From Vampirovibrionales bacterium (lineage in GTDB: Bacteria > Cyanobacteriota > Vampirovibrionia > Vampirovibrionales > Vampirovibrionaceae), in the NCBI GenBank assembly GCA_029262635.1, contig JAJCZA010000005.1:607371-671370 (forward strand): DNA of 64,000 nucleotides. Direction: 5' to 3'. The position numbers and the translations under genes are program-made. The notes under the pieces were generated by a model. It was not told where the DNA came from, ran no database searches, and saw nothing but the letters and a program-made list of their open reading frames with translations. Shown here in pieces: positions 48,316-58,165 of the stretch (its first letter is position 1; each line of letters starts with the position of its first letter).

Positions 48316-49881
48316 CTATGGTTTTTCAAAATATTTTCCAAAATCTGACTTGTCCAACACATGAGGGGTCACCAGAATGACCAGCTCCGTATTTAATTTT
48401 CGGTAAGCTCCGTTTTTAAAGAATTTACCCAAAATCGGTAAATCGCCAATGAACGGGACGGACTCAAATGTGTTGTTTTCTTCTCGGGTCAAAATGCCGC
48501 CCAGCATGAGGGTTTCTCCATCATGCAACTGAACGGTTGAGTCCGCTGTCCGCTTCAACAATCCGCAGACCTGAGCCCCCCCGGCACCTGGCACACAGTT
48601 GGCAGTATCAATACTGCTAACTTCCGGTGCGATTCGGAGTTCAATTAAACCGGTCCGAATGTTGACCCAAGGGGTAAATTCAAGTCCTACACCGAACTCC
48701 CGGAACGAGATAATGGGGCTCCCGTTTTGGTCTGTTCCAGAGGTGAAGGGGAACTCCCCCCCGGAGAGGAAGGAAGCCGTTCGTCCATGGGTGGCAACGA
48801 GTTTGGGTTCCGCTAGAATGGAAACTTTTCCATTGGTTTGCAGAAAGTCAAAGGCCGCATCCAAAGAGTTGCCAAATCCCATGACACCTGTTAGTCCACC
48901 GACGTTATTCGCTTGTTGTAAAAATCGAACTGATCGATCTACATTTAAAGCGGCACCTGCCAGAGCCGTTCCGATATTGGTTCCAGGTGAAAGAGTTGAG
49001 CTTGCGCCTAGGGCCAATGCAGTCACATAGGTGGGGTCCAGAGCGGATTGAAGACGGGTTACGGTAAAGTCTTGTCCCTGGGTGGCAAAGGATGTTCTTA
49101 AGTCTCGAGCGGTGCTTTTATTCATTTGAACAATTTTGACTTCAAGTACGACCTGAGGGATCGGTGTTTCGGTCAAGTCCACGAAGTTTTCAGCCCGATA
49201 CCCATAAGCACCAGCTGTTCGGCGGATTTCATCCAGAATTACGGAACTGGAGACTTGACCTGAAATTAAAAACGAATCATCCGTAATGCGAACATCAATG
49301 TTTTCTCTTGGGGCGATGGCGTTAATCGTTGCCATGAGTTCGGTGGTGTCATTTTGGACATGGAGATCGAAAATGCCTTCTTGTCCGTTTTCATCCCAGA
49401 CGATTAAACTGGTAACGCCCCTTTGGCGACCGTTGATCATTAATTGATCCGGTGACAGTGGGATAATATCCGCTAATTGTGGATTGGCAATGGATAAGCG
49501 CATAATGGGCTGAGCAAATTTGACGATTTGAGAGCGCCCTCGGGTCACGGTAAGTGAAGTGACATTTCCTCGAAGAATAGGAGTCTCTTCACTTTTGTTT
49601 TCCGCTTGGCCACTGGGGGTATGATCCTCTTCTAACTCTTGTAACGCAAACCCTGAGCTTGGTAATGATGAGGGTGTGCTGTTGGCGATGGTATTGATGT
49701 CTTTTGGCGCATTTTTTGAGAGTTCTTTTATGATGCCGTTACCGTAAGGCTGGATCAAATGGTTTTGTCTCTCAAGGGCGTGTAATGGAGAAAATCCGCC
49801 TGTGACCCAAAGTGTTCCAACAACCAATGTTGTTGCTATCCATGGTTTCAATGGATTTAGATTAATAAACCCCGTTCTCAT
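48316..49881 (-). CDS. cpaC: Tad secretin CpaC/RcpA
   Basis: Pil_N domain (RLSIANPQLAD, GVTSLIVWD), QVVLEVKI, LAEPKL..ASFLSGGEFP and PFIGDLPILGKFF..ELVILVTP. Confidence 0.92.
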   Translation of the reverse strand: MRTGFINLNPLKPWIATTLVVGTLWVTGGFSPLHALERQNHLIQPYGNGIIKELSKNAPKDINTIANSTPSSLPSSGFALQELEEDHTPSGQAENKSEETPILRGNVTSLTVTRGRSQIVKFAQPIMRLSIANPQLADIIPLSPDQLMINGRQRGVTSLIVWDENGQEGIFDLHVQNDTTELMATINAIAPRENIDVRITDDSFLISGQVSSSVILDEIRRTAGAYGYRAENFVDLTETPIPQVVLEVKIVQMNKSTARDLRTSFATQGQDFTVTRLQSALDPTYVTALALGASSTLSPGTNIGTALAGAALNVDRSVRFLQQANNVGGLTGVMGFGNSLDAAFDFLQTNGKVSILAEPKLVATHGRTASFLSGGEFPFTSGTDQNGSPIISFREFGVGLEFTPWVNIRTGLIELRIAPEVSSIDTANCVPGAGGAQVCGLLKRTADSTVQLHDGETLMLGGILTREENNTFESVPFIGDLPILGKFFKNGAYRKLNTELVILVTPHVLDKSDFGKYFEKP

Positions 49882-49936
49882 CGTGTTTCTTCCTCTTTTG
49901 TCTCTCTAGCCGGTGTTAGCCAATATCATATGGAGA

Positions 49937-50980
49937 TTAGTACTGCCATTGAAAATTTTTGGATTCGCTGTTGGCCCCTTTATAGATTTCCATTTGAAAA
50001 GTTTGATTTTCGGGTTCGGGTACTGCGGGTTCTGGTAAGGCTTCTGGATTTTCTGAATAATTGACTGGAATATCATTGGGTAGATTGGGAACATTGTGTT
50101 CAGAAAAACCGACCTGCTTTAGATCAGCCGGGCTCAGACCATTGATGAGTTGCCCTATGTCAGAACCATAGAGGGTGGTTTCCTTTTTATCGCCAAAACC
50201 ACGGAGAGCCAAGTGGAATTCGGCGACCTTATTAGCCAAAGCAAGTGTTTCAGCTTGAGCTGGAGTGACCTCCAGAGTGACGGCTCCTTTTGAACTCTTT
50301 TGAGCTGTACTTGCGGGAGGTTTTCCTCCACTGGGCGATGAGGAGGGGGCCTCACCCGAGCTAATAACACGAACATTTTGAAGCAGTGTTTTAGCCATTT
50401 CCGATTTGGGGAATGTGGCCATAACATCAACAAACATTCCTGATGCGATGGCACCATCCACCGAGGCGATGTCGTTTACTTTGATGCTGACGGCTCGCAT
50501 GCCCTTTGTTACTGGAACCATGCCTTTGGTATCGAGTAGTTTTGTTCGGGTTATGATCTCGCCGGGCAATAAATCCATGGACGAAATTTTTCCAACCACA
50601 TTGGATACTCTGGAAAAGCTTTCCATAGAAGGCCGGTGACCGGGTTGCAATTCGACTTCTTTTAACATGCTTTCTTCAAGCCGGGTTCCTAAAGGGACTT
50701 TTACGGCTAGTTGAACCTCGGTGTATTTTTTAGTTCCTGAAGAATGGCCAGAACCCTGTTTTTGCAGTTGTTCCACTTGTTTCTCGAGTAGAGCCATCTT
50801 CTTTTCTTTTTTCTTTAGTTCTTCTTGATGCTGTTGTTGAGCTATTTCGTTATTGGCCGTGATGCCTGTAAACAAAAGAAAGAGCAAGGCGAGGCCGATT
50901 CCGCCGACGACAAGAGCAATGACGGTTGCCACAGCGAATTGTACAAATGCTTTTTTAGGTTTTTTGGGACTGGCCATCAT
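49937..50980 (-). CDS. cpaB: Flp pilus assembly protein CpaB/RcpC
   Basis: N-terminal TM, SAF-like region, and motifs GMRAVSIKV, GMFVDV, KTLLQNVRVI and VTLEVTPAQAETLAL. Confidence 0.9.
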   Translation of the reverse strand: MMASPKKPKKAFVQFAVATVIALVVGGIGLALLFLLFTGITANNEIAQQQHQEELKKKEKKMALLEKQVEQLQKQGSGHSSGTKKYTEVQLAVKVPLGTRLEESMLKEVELQPGHRPSMESFSRVSNVVGKISSMDLLPGEIITRTKLLDTKGMVPVTKGMRAVSIKVNDIASVDGAIASGMFVDVMATFPKSEMAKTLLQNVRVISSGEAPSSSPSGGKPPASTAQKSSKGAVTLEVTPAQAETLALANKVAEFHLALRGFGDKKETTLYGSDIGQLINGLSPADLKQVGFSEHNVPNLPNDIPVNYSENPEALPEPAVPEPENQTFQMEIYKGANSESKNFQWQY

Positions 50981-51204
50981 CGACTACCTTAATGCTTCCA
51001 ACGGGCTGTTTTTATGACGAGATTTTGTTTTTCATTTCTTGTTTTTTGAAGAAAAACTCTAATCCCATTCAAGCATACCAATGGATCGACCTATCCTGAA
51101 CCTCTAAATCAATGAAATCAACCCAATACTTTAGTTAAGCTCCTCTAAAAAGAGGACGTTTTAGGCTGGTTGGTCTTAATTTATTTTAAAAGGGCAGGAA
51201 TGAA

Positions 51205-52527
51205 TTAAGGCGTTAGCCGTTCCATGAGGCGTGGAAATGGAATGGTTTCCCTGACATGATGAATCCCACAAATCCAGGCCACGGTTCGCTCAACACCCAG
51301 TCCAAATCCGGAATGAGGGAAACTACCGTAGCGGCGTAAATCCAGATACCAGCCAAAGGCGGTTTCGGGTAGCTCGTGTTCTTTTATCTTTTTCAGTAGC
51401 ACGTTCAAATCATCCTCCCGCTGGCCACCGCCAATAATTTCGCCGTAGCCTTCCGGTGCGATCATGTCGACATTCAGTGATAATTCAGGGTTCTCTGGGT
51501 CTGGCTTCATGTAAAATGCCTTAATGGCCGATGGATACCGATGAATGAGCACGGGTCGATCAAAATGATTAGAGATAATGGTTTCGTCTTCTGCTCCAAA
51601 GTCATCGCCGTACTCAAACGCGTGGCCTTCCTGTTTTAAAATTTTAGTGGCTTCGTCGTAAGTAATTCGAGGAAAAGGTTTTTGTACGGCTTCCAATTTT
51701 GAAACGTCTCGTTCTAGTAGGGTCAGTTCAGCGCGTCGGTTTTCTAGTACGGCCCGGACAATAAAAGCAACAAAATCCTCGGCTAGATCCATATCCCCTG
51801 CCAGATCCAGAAAAGCCACTTCCGGTTCCACCATCCAAAATTCAGTCAGGTGGCGTCGGGTTTTGGATTTCTCTGCCCGAAACGTGGGGCCAAAACAATA
51901 AGCCTTGCCAAAGGCCGCTGCTGCCGCTTCCATGTACAGTTGGCCGCTTTGGGTTAAATAAGCTTTGTCATCAAAGTAGTCGGTTTCAAACAGGTTGGTC
52001 GTACCTTCACAGGCGTTGGGTGTAAAAATGGGTGCGTCCACCAAGGTAAATCCCCGTTCGTCAAAAAATGTTCGAATGGCACGAATGATTTCCGCACGGA
52101 TTCGAGTGATGGCATGTTGACGAGATGAACGCAACCATAAATGACGGTGGTCCATTAAAAAGGCCACGCCATGTTCTTTGGGGGTAATGGGATAATCCAC
52201 AGATTCATGTAAAATTTCAAAATCGGTTACCCCAATTTCAAACCCTAGGGTGGATCGCTTATCCTCTTTGACGGTACCTCGTACCCGAACCGAGGATTCT
52301 TGGGTTACCCGGTTTCCTGCTTCAAACATCTCAGGCGGCACATCGCCTTTAAATAGGACACACTGAATCGTCCCGGTACCATCGCGAAGTTGTAAAAAAT
52401 GGAGTTTGCCGCTTGAGCGTTTATTGTAAAGCCATCCATGGAGCGTAACGTCTTGACCTAAATAGGCTGTGCCATTTTGAGCTAAATCCTCAATGTATAC
52501 GTTTGGCGTGGTGGTGGTCATGGTCAT
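51205..52527 (-). CDS. asnS: Asparagine--tRNA ligase
   Basis: Motifs [48 protein letters not shown] and [11 protein letters not shown]. Confidence 0.96.
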   Translation of the reverse strand: MTMTTTTPNVYIEDLAQNGTAYLGQDVTLHGWLYNKRSSGKLHFLQLRDGTGTIQCVLFKGDVPPEMFEAGNRVTQESSVRVRGTVKEDKRSTLGFEIGVTDFEILHESVDYPITPKEHGVAFLMDHRHLWLRSSRQHAITRIRAEIIRAIRTFFDERGFTLVDAPIFTPNACEGTTNLFETDYFDDKAYLTQSGQLYMEAAAAAFGKAYCFGPTFRAEKSKTRRHLTEFWMVEPEVAFLDLAGDMDLAEDFVAFIVRAVLENRRAELTLLERDVSKLEAVQKPFPRITYDEATKILKQEGHAFEYGDDFGAEDETIISNHFDRPVLIHRYPSAIKAFYMKPDPENPELSLNVDMIAPEGYGEIIGGGQREDDLNVLLKKIKEHELPETAFGWYLDLRRYGSFPHSGFGLGVERTVAWICGIHHVRETIPFPRLMERLTP

Positions 52528-52630
52528 GCGGGCATACTCCCTCTCAAAAGATTCTAACGAGTTTTGATTCTTTTATTATCCCACCAAAATTAGTGAGAAA
52601 AAAGGAGAGGAATCTAGCGGTTTAGCTTTC

Positions 52631-53035
52631 CTATGGTTTGGGTTGTTTTGCAATTAGATCGATAATATCCAGCGTGCTGACAATCCCTACCGGCTTGTTG
52701 TCTTTTGGTTTCACAATAACAATCCGGTGCATTCGGTGCTGACTCATAATCTTGGCTAGTTGAATAACAGGTGTCTCCAGATGGCCGACTTCCTGAATCG
52801 GACTCATGTAATCAGAAACATAGCCACCACTGGCCTCTGATGAGAAGGATGCGTTTTGCTCATAGATGAGTAAGTCCATGATACTAATGACCCCCACGAG
52901 TTGACCGGCACTACCGATCACGGGTGCGCCCGTAATTTTTTTTGAGAGCAGAAGTTCTCGGACTTCTTCACAACGCATTAAGTGATCCACACAAATAGGG
53001 TTTTGGGTCATGACTTGGTTTGCGACCGGTTCCAC
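52631..53035 (-). CDS. CBS-pair protein
   Basis: Motifs VMTQNPICV, ITGAPV..LVGVIS, VSDYMS and MHRIVIV..PVGIVSTLD. Confidence 0.85.
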   Translation of the reverse strand: MEPVANQVMTQNPICVDHLMRCEEVRELLLSKKITGAPVIGSAGQLVGVISIMDLLIYEQNASFSSEASGGYVSDYMSPIQEVGHLETPVIQLAKIMSQHRMHRIVIVKPKDNKPVGIVSTLDIIDLIAKQPKP

Positions 53036-53111
53036 AGAGCTGTCCTTTTCGCTAATTCTATAGGCTGTTTTACGGTATTTTTTATTATGGCACGTAAAGC
53101 GTTAAAAAAGA

Positions 53112-53151
53112 GAAAAGCCCCATTGATTTCATTTAATTGATGGGGCTTTTC
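53112..53151 (-). terminator. Rho-independent terminator after the aldehyde dehydrogenase gene
   Basis: GAAAAGCCCCAT...ATGGGGCTTTTC followed on the minus strand by TCTTTTTT. Confidence 0.8.
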
Positions 53152-53179
53152 GTGTTTATCTTTTGGAAAGAGAAACCGG

Positions 53180-54703
53180 TTAGTCGTCGATTTGAGCTTT
53201 CTGAAGGGAGTCGCTGTAGTCGACAAAACAGGATTTCCACTCACAGAAGGTATCCAGTGCCGTTTGACCGGCATCCCGGTGACCATTCCCTGTGTTTTTC
53301 ATCCCGCCAAACGGCAGGTGCACTTCGGCGCCAATGGTTGGGGCATTGACATAGGTCAGGCCGGACTCCAGATCACGCAAAGCCGTAAACGCCTGATTCA
53401 CATCCTTGGTGTAGATCGCTGTTGACAAGCCAAAGTCAATCGCATTGGCGACCTGAATGGCTTCTTTTAACCCATCGACAGGGATTAATGCCGTGACTGG
53501 GCCAAAAATCTCTTCTTGTGCAATGCGCATGGTGGATTTTACATTGTCAAATAGGGTAGGCTGAACAAACCAGCCGGAGCCAGCTGTTGTTTCCCGGCTT
53601 CCACCGGCCAACATGTCAGCGCCTTCGGCTTTACCAATTTCAATGTACTCCAGAATTTTATTCATGGCAGCTTCGTTAACAACAGGGCCAATATTAACGC
53701 CGTCATTCAGGCCATAGCCCAATTTCAAGGTTTTCATTTTGGTGAGAATTAATTCTCGAACCTTGGCATGGACCTTTCGATCCACAATCACTCGGCTGGT
53801 AGCGGTGCATCGTTGGCCAGATGTACCAAAGGCGCCCCAAACAACGCCCTCAACAGCCAGTTCTAGATTAGCGTCATCCATGATGATGCAGGCGTTTTTA
53901 CCGCCCATCTCCAGCGTAACATGGCGAAAATCAGGTGCACAGGTTTCGTTAACGATACGGCCCACTTCACACGAACCGGTAAAGGAAATCAGTTTGACGT
54001 TCTCACTTTTCATGAGTGGCATGCCGGCTTCTGAGCCCGAGCCACAAACCAGATTAATAACACCGGGCGGTACACCGGCTTCTTCAAAAATCTGAACCAG
54101 TAAAATCGATGATAACGGCGTATCGCTGGCGGGCTTTAGCACCATGGTGTTGCCGCAAATTAGTGCCGGGGCGATTTTCCAGCTTGGAATGGCCATCGGG
54201 AAATTCCAAGGGGTAATCAGTCCCACCACGCCCAAGGGCTGACGAACGGTCATGCAGAACTTATTAACCAGTTCTGAGGGAGTGGTTTCACCAAACAGTC
54301 GACGTCCTTCGCCAGCCGCGTAAAACACCATATCAATGGCTTCCTGAACATCTCCTCGGGTTTCGGCAACCACTTTACCCATTTCACGGGTCATGGCTCG
54401 TGCTAATTCTTCTTTACGTTCAATTAGCAGGTTGCCTGCTTTAAACATAATTTCGCCTCGTTTGGGTGCTGGCACGAGTCGCCATTGTTCAAACGCTTTT
54501 TTGGCCGCTAAAATGGCTTCCTGAATATCCGCTTCGCCGGAGGCGGGAAACGTGCCAACCATATCAGAAGGATCTGCCGGGTTGACGTTTTTAAAGGTCT
54601 TGCCGGATTTGGCTGGAACCCATTTTCCGCCAATATAGTTCAAATAGTCCTGAGAACCGGTCACGGCACAGGATAAGTTTTGGGGTGCTGTCTGGGTCGT
54701 CAT
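53180..54703 (-). CDS. NAD(P)-dependent aldehyde dehydrogenase
   Basis: Motifs ITPWNFP, KPASDTP, FTGS, LEMGGKN, GQRCTA, EEIFGP and [17 protein letters not shown] suggests an ALDH7/DhaS-like enzyme. Confidence 0.93.
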   Translation of the reverse strand: MTTQTAPQNLSCAVTGSQDYLNYIGGKWVPAKSGKTFKNVNPADPSDMVGTFPASGEADIQEAILAAKKAFEQWRLVPAPKRGEIMFKAGNLLIERKEELARAMTREMGKVVAETRGDVQEAIDMVFYAAGEGRRLFGETTPSELVNKFCMTVRQPLGVVGLITPWNFPMAIPSWKIAPALICGNTMVLKPASDTPLSSILLVQIFEEAGVPPGVINLVCGSGSEAGMPLMKSENVKLISFTGSCEVGRIVNETCAPDFRHVTLEMGGKNACIIMDDANLELAVEGVVWGAFGTSGQRCTATSRVIVDRKVHAKVRELILTKMKTLKLGYGLNDGVNIGPVVNEAAMNKILEYIEIGKAEGADMLAGGSRETTAGSGWFVQPTLFDNVKSTMRIAQEEIFGPVTALIPVDGLKEAIQVANAIDFGLSTAIYTKDVNQAFTALRDLESGLTYVNAPTIGAEVHLPFGGMKNTGNGHRDAGQTALDTFCEWKSCFVDYSDSLQKAQIDD

Positions 54704-54810
54704 AACAACCTCTCCTTTTACTTAAATAAAAGCGCTGATAACAAAGTGTCTTGCGATTATATCGGAAAAGCCTCTTTTTCGCTACAACCTTACTTTCCTC
54801 TTTGGGTGCT

Positions 54811-55680
54811 TTAGCCGAGTTTTAAACCACATTGGCGTTCTAAAAAGTCTCGAAGAGAATTTATGTTGAGCACCCTTCCCCGTTTGCAGTCTCCGTTTAG
54901 ATTGCCTTCGATTAAAATGCCGATTAAATCACCTTCTTTATTATAAACAGGACTTCCGGAGTCTCCGTTTTTAATTTTTCCACTCATATATTCTAGATTG
55001 AAGTCCGAACCGATATCGGCTTGTTCTAAGAGGGTTGTTATCTCAACCTTATCTATAAACCCTTGTTGTCTTGAAGAGCAAACAATCGCTGGTTCGCCTT
55101 GACGAAGGTTGAGTCCCAGGAAACTGGACGGTGCTAATTGAGGGGGATGAGACACGAGTCGGCCATGGCCTTGGGTGGGCTCTAGTAACATGAGGTCATT
55201 GTAATACATGATATCCGGGTAGAGTTCGTCAAGCCAGTCCTTTTTATCGTATTGCTGAACAATTTTGGCTAGGCCGGAAACATTCTGTTGTTTTTTGGGG
55301 TCTCTTGAGCCAAAAAAGAACTCGGCCATTCCGTGTAACTCCATCGTGTTGGCCTCAAACAAATGGCGGCAGGTTAAAATGTAGTAGGTTCCTGTTTTTA
55401 TGTCGCGAATCCACACACCTGAACCATTAAAGGAATAGTTATTACTACGGAGGCTTACGGTATTTGGCCGGAGAGACTCGGCAACGTCATCTAATGGTTT
55501 AATCGGTTTAAACCATGAACGCCACCACCCTACAACCCTTGTAGGCGTTTCGGGTAATTCCAGTTGCCCTGGCGGTGAACAGTTCCCTTTGAAACTTAAA
55601 GAAAAAGTTGAAAGGCTGTGTTGAAATGGCTGATTCATCGAAGGGGATGGGAAGGGTCTCGAAACAGCTTGTAATTTCAT
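54811..55680 (-). CDS. Trypsin-like (S1) serine protease with a signal-less N-terminal extension ending in SFKG
   Basis: Motifs GSGVWI, ILTCRH (His), NDLMLL (Asp) and NGDSGSPVYNKEGDLIGI (Ser). Confidence 0.8.
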   Translation of the reverse strand: MKLQAVSRPFPSPSMNQPFQHSLSTFSLSFKGNCSPPGQLELPETPTRVVGWWRSWFKPIKPLDDVAESLRPNTVSLRSNNYSFNGSGVWIRDIKTGTYYILTCRHLFEANTMELHGMAEFFFGSRDPKKQQNVSGLAKIVQQYDKKDWLDELYPDIMYYNDLMLLEPTQGHGRLVSHPPQLAPSSFLGLNLRQGEPAIVCSSRQQGFIDKVEITTLLEQADIGSDFNLEYMSGKIKNGDSGSPVYNKEGDLIGILIEGNLNGDCKRGRVLNINSLRDFLERQCGLKLG

Positions 55681-55691
55681 GAGATGCTTTC

Positions 55692-55729
55692 TGTTTGAAA
55701 CACGTGTTTAACTTGTCGTGTTTCAAACA
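55692..55729. promoter_or_regulatory. Perfect 13-bp inverted repeat just upstream of the protease start
   Basis: TGTTTGAAACACG-N12-CGTGTTTCAAACA, 11 nt from the ATG at 55680. Confidence 0.55.
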
Positions 55730-55935
55730 AAACCTCTCGATCCTAAGAAGTGCTTTAAAAACAGCTTTGTTTTTAGGCGTTCTTTCGAAAATAAAGTTTA
55801 TTTTTCTCCCGACTCTTCTCGGGGACATTTATCAAAACATTGCGGGATGTTGCGAGGCTCTCCTTCCTTGCGAGAGATTCCCTTATAATTAGAGAGTCAA
55901 ATACGTGTATTCTTTCAAATTAAAGGCTTTTTACT

Positions 55936-57300
55936 ATGGATTTCTTCATCAAAGTCATTATGGCCATGGTTTTTGGCGTCAAGCGTCATTGGCAAATTCT
56001 TATTGCGATCCTGCTTGGTTTTCTTGTGGGCCTGATTTTTTACAAGTACCATTGGGCTCAGACGGAGCAAGGCCAATTCTCCCTGGCCCTTTTTGACTTT
56101 GTGGGTAAGGTCTTTATCCGGCTGATCACCATGATTGTGATTCCCCTTGTGGTGAGTTCACTGATTGTTGGTGTGTCTTCTCTCAAGGATGTTCATCAGT
56201 TAGGGCGTATGGGCGGAAAAGTGTTTAGTTTTTTCCTTCTTTTTATGGTGATTTCAACAATTATTGGCGGTACCTTGGCCTATGTTATTCCTTCAGGAGA
56301 AAATATGCGTCCGGTTATCGAGCATATTAATGAAGAACGGGCGCAATCGTCTCATTATGAGGAGACGATGAGTGAACTAAAAACGTTGATTGTTCAACCG
56401 AAGGACTTTAAAGTTATTTTGTTGGAGATGATACCTGAGAACCCAATTCAGGCTTTGTCTACAGGGAATATGGTCCCGGTTATTATTTTTACCATTCTTC
56501 TGGGCTTTGCTCTGGCTTTTATTGGCCCGGCTGGTAAACCAATGATCTCCTTTTTTGAATCTCTTTTTACCGCAACCATGAAACTGACGGACTGGTGCAT
56601 GACGCTGGCGGTTCCGGGTGTCTTTGCCTTGGCGTTTGTTGCGGTGGCCTCTAGCGGAACGGAAATGCTGTTGAAGCTCCTTCCTTATGCTTTGCTGGTT
56701 ATTTCTGGTCTGCTTTTACAGATTGTGGTGGTTTTCCCCACTTTACTGTATCTGTTTGCTCGGGTGGATGCCCTGAATTTGTACCGTGCCATCTCGGAAG
56801 CCATTCTTGTTGCTTTTGGGACCGCTAGCAGTTCAGCCACCTTGCCGATCACTATTGCCAACTGCGAATTGCGAGCGGGTATTTCCAACCGTATTGCTAG
56901 TTTTGTTATTCCAACGGGCGCCTCCATTAATAAAACGGGCACCACCATGTTTGAGGTGATTGCCGTTTTGTTTCTGGCACAGGCTTATAATATTCCGATT
57001 GATCCGGTGACGGTTAGTATGATTGCCGTATTGGCTATTATCGCTTCGGTGGCCGCTGCCGGGGTTCCTAGTGCGGGTTTGATTACCATGAGTGTTATTA
57101 TCACCAGTATGGGTTATAATATGACGTTACTTGCCAGCGGGATTGCCCTTCTTTGGTCCATTGACCGCATATTGGACATGTGCCGGACCGTTACCAATGT
57201 GATGAGCAGTGTTACGGTTGCCACTATTGTTGCGGCCAGCGAAGGTGAGTTAAAACGGGATCTGCTGAACGATCCCACGACTTGGAAAGAAACCTTGTAG
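55936..57300 (+). CDS. Dicarboxylate/amino acid:cation symporter (DAACS, GltP-like)
   Basis: Motifs FIRLITMIVIPLVVSSL, AFGTASSSATLP, FVIPTGASINKTGT, AAGVPSAG and DRILDMCRT. Confidence 0.92.
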   Translation: MDFFIKVIMAMVFGVKRHWQILIAILLGFLVGLIFYKYHWAQTEQGQFSLALFDFVGKVFIRLITMIVIPLVVSSLIVGVSSLKDVHQLGRMGGKVFSFFLLFMVISTIIGGTLAYVIPSGENMRPVIEHINEERAQSSHYEETMSELKTLIVQPKDFKVILLEMIPENPIQALSTGNMVPVIIFTILLGFALAFIGPAGKPMISFFESLFTATMKLTDWCMTLAVPGVFALAFVAVASSGTEMLLKLLPYALLVISGLLLQIVVVFPTLLYLFARVDALNLYRAISEAILVAFGTASSSATLPITIANCELRAGISNRIASFVIPTGASINKTGTTMFEVIAVLFLAQAYNIPIDPVTVSMIAVLAIIASVAAAGVPSAGLITMSVIITSMGYNMTLLASGIALLWSIDRILDMCRTVTNVMSSVTVATIVAASEGELKRDLLNDPTTWKETL

Positions 57301-57316
57301 GAGCTTTTAACCCTTA

Positions 57317-58159
57317 ATGAACATTCGTTTCCTGACACGAGTACTTGTCCTAAGCCTCCTTCTTCTCAGTCTCTTTGGGCTGGGAGTAACGGCTTTAGCC
57401 AAAAAAAAAGAGCCTATTCCTGAAAAAGAAGCTGAAATAGCTCAACCCAAAACACCCGCCCCTCGCCAAAAGGATCCGATAGCTATTTATAATAGAGGGG
57501 TTCAATCCTTCCAAGTTGGGCAAGATCAAGCGGAGAAAGGGAACACGAACGGTCAAAAAGACCTGTTAAAGCAGGCCATTAAAAACTTTGAAGAAGCACT
57601 TGCTTTGGATCCGACTTTGACTGAAGCGCAAAGCAACATCGGGTTTGCTTACCTCACCCTGAACGATCGTAAAAAAGCCATTAAAGCTTTTCTGAAAGCT
57701 AAAGAGATTAATCCGAATCACTTGAATACGCTCAATGGTCTTTCCACCGCTTATGCCTTGAACAACAACATTGAGGATGCCCTGAACACCTTTGATACAC
57801 TGACACGGTTGGATCCGGGAAACCCTCAGTATTTTTTTAACAAAGGCAGTGTCCTTCAAAAGGCGAAACGTTACGATGAAGCGCTAAAGGCGTATCAAGC
57901 CTGTCTTGATCTAGAGCCCAATGATCAACGTAGTTTGTTTAATATTGCCACCCTGTTGGAAAACCTGGGAAAACTTGAAGAAGCCATTCCCTTCTACACC
58001 AAGGCCAAGGATGTGAACATCTCCAACCCGATTGGACTGGAGTCCGTCCACCGTCTGAATACACTTCTGTCGAATCAGGCGAAACAGCAAAAAGAAGAGG
58101 GTGGGAAGCCGCCCGCCGAAAAGCCGTCTGTAGATGATAACGATCGCAAGGAGTCCTAA
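57317..58159 (+). CDS. Exported tetratricopeptide repeat protein
   Basis: Signal peptide followed by about five TPR units (AQSNIGFAY, FFNKGSVL, LFNIATLL). Confidence 0.85.
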   Translation: MNIRFLTRVLVLSLLLLSLFGLGVTALAKKKEPIPEKEAEIAQPKTPAPRQKDPIAIYNRGVQSFQVGQDQAEKGNTNGQKDLLKQAIKNFEEALALDPTLTEAQSNIGFAYLTLNDRKKAIKAFLKAKEINPNHLNTLNGLSTAYALNNNIEDALNTFDTLTRLDPGNPQYFFNKGSVLQKAKRYDEALKAYQACLDLEPNDQRSLFNIATLLENLGKLEEAIPFYTKAKDVNISNPIGLESVHRLNTLLSNQAKQQKEEGGKPPAEKPSVDDNDRKES

Positions 58160-58165
58160 GGGCTT

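Noticed and set aside
50981-51204. Possible flp pilin gene upstream of cpaB
   Set aside because: Only an 18-codon minus-strand ORF (MGLEFFFKKQEMKNKISS), with no prepilin cleavage motif or hydrophobic helix.
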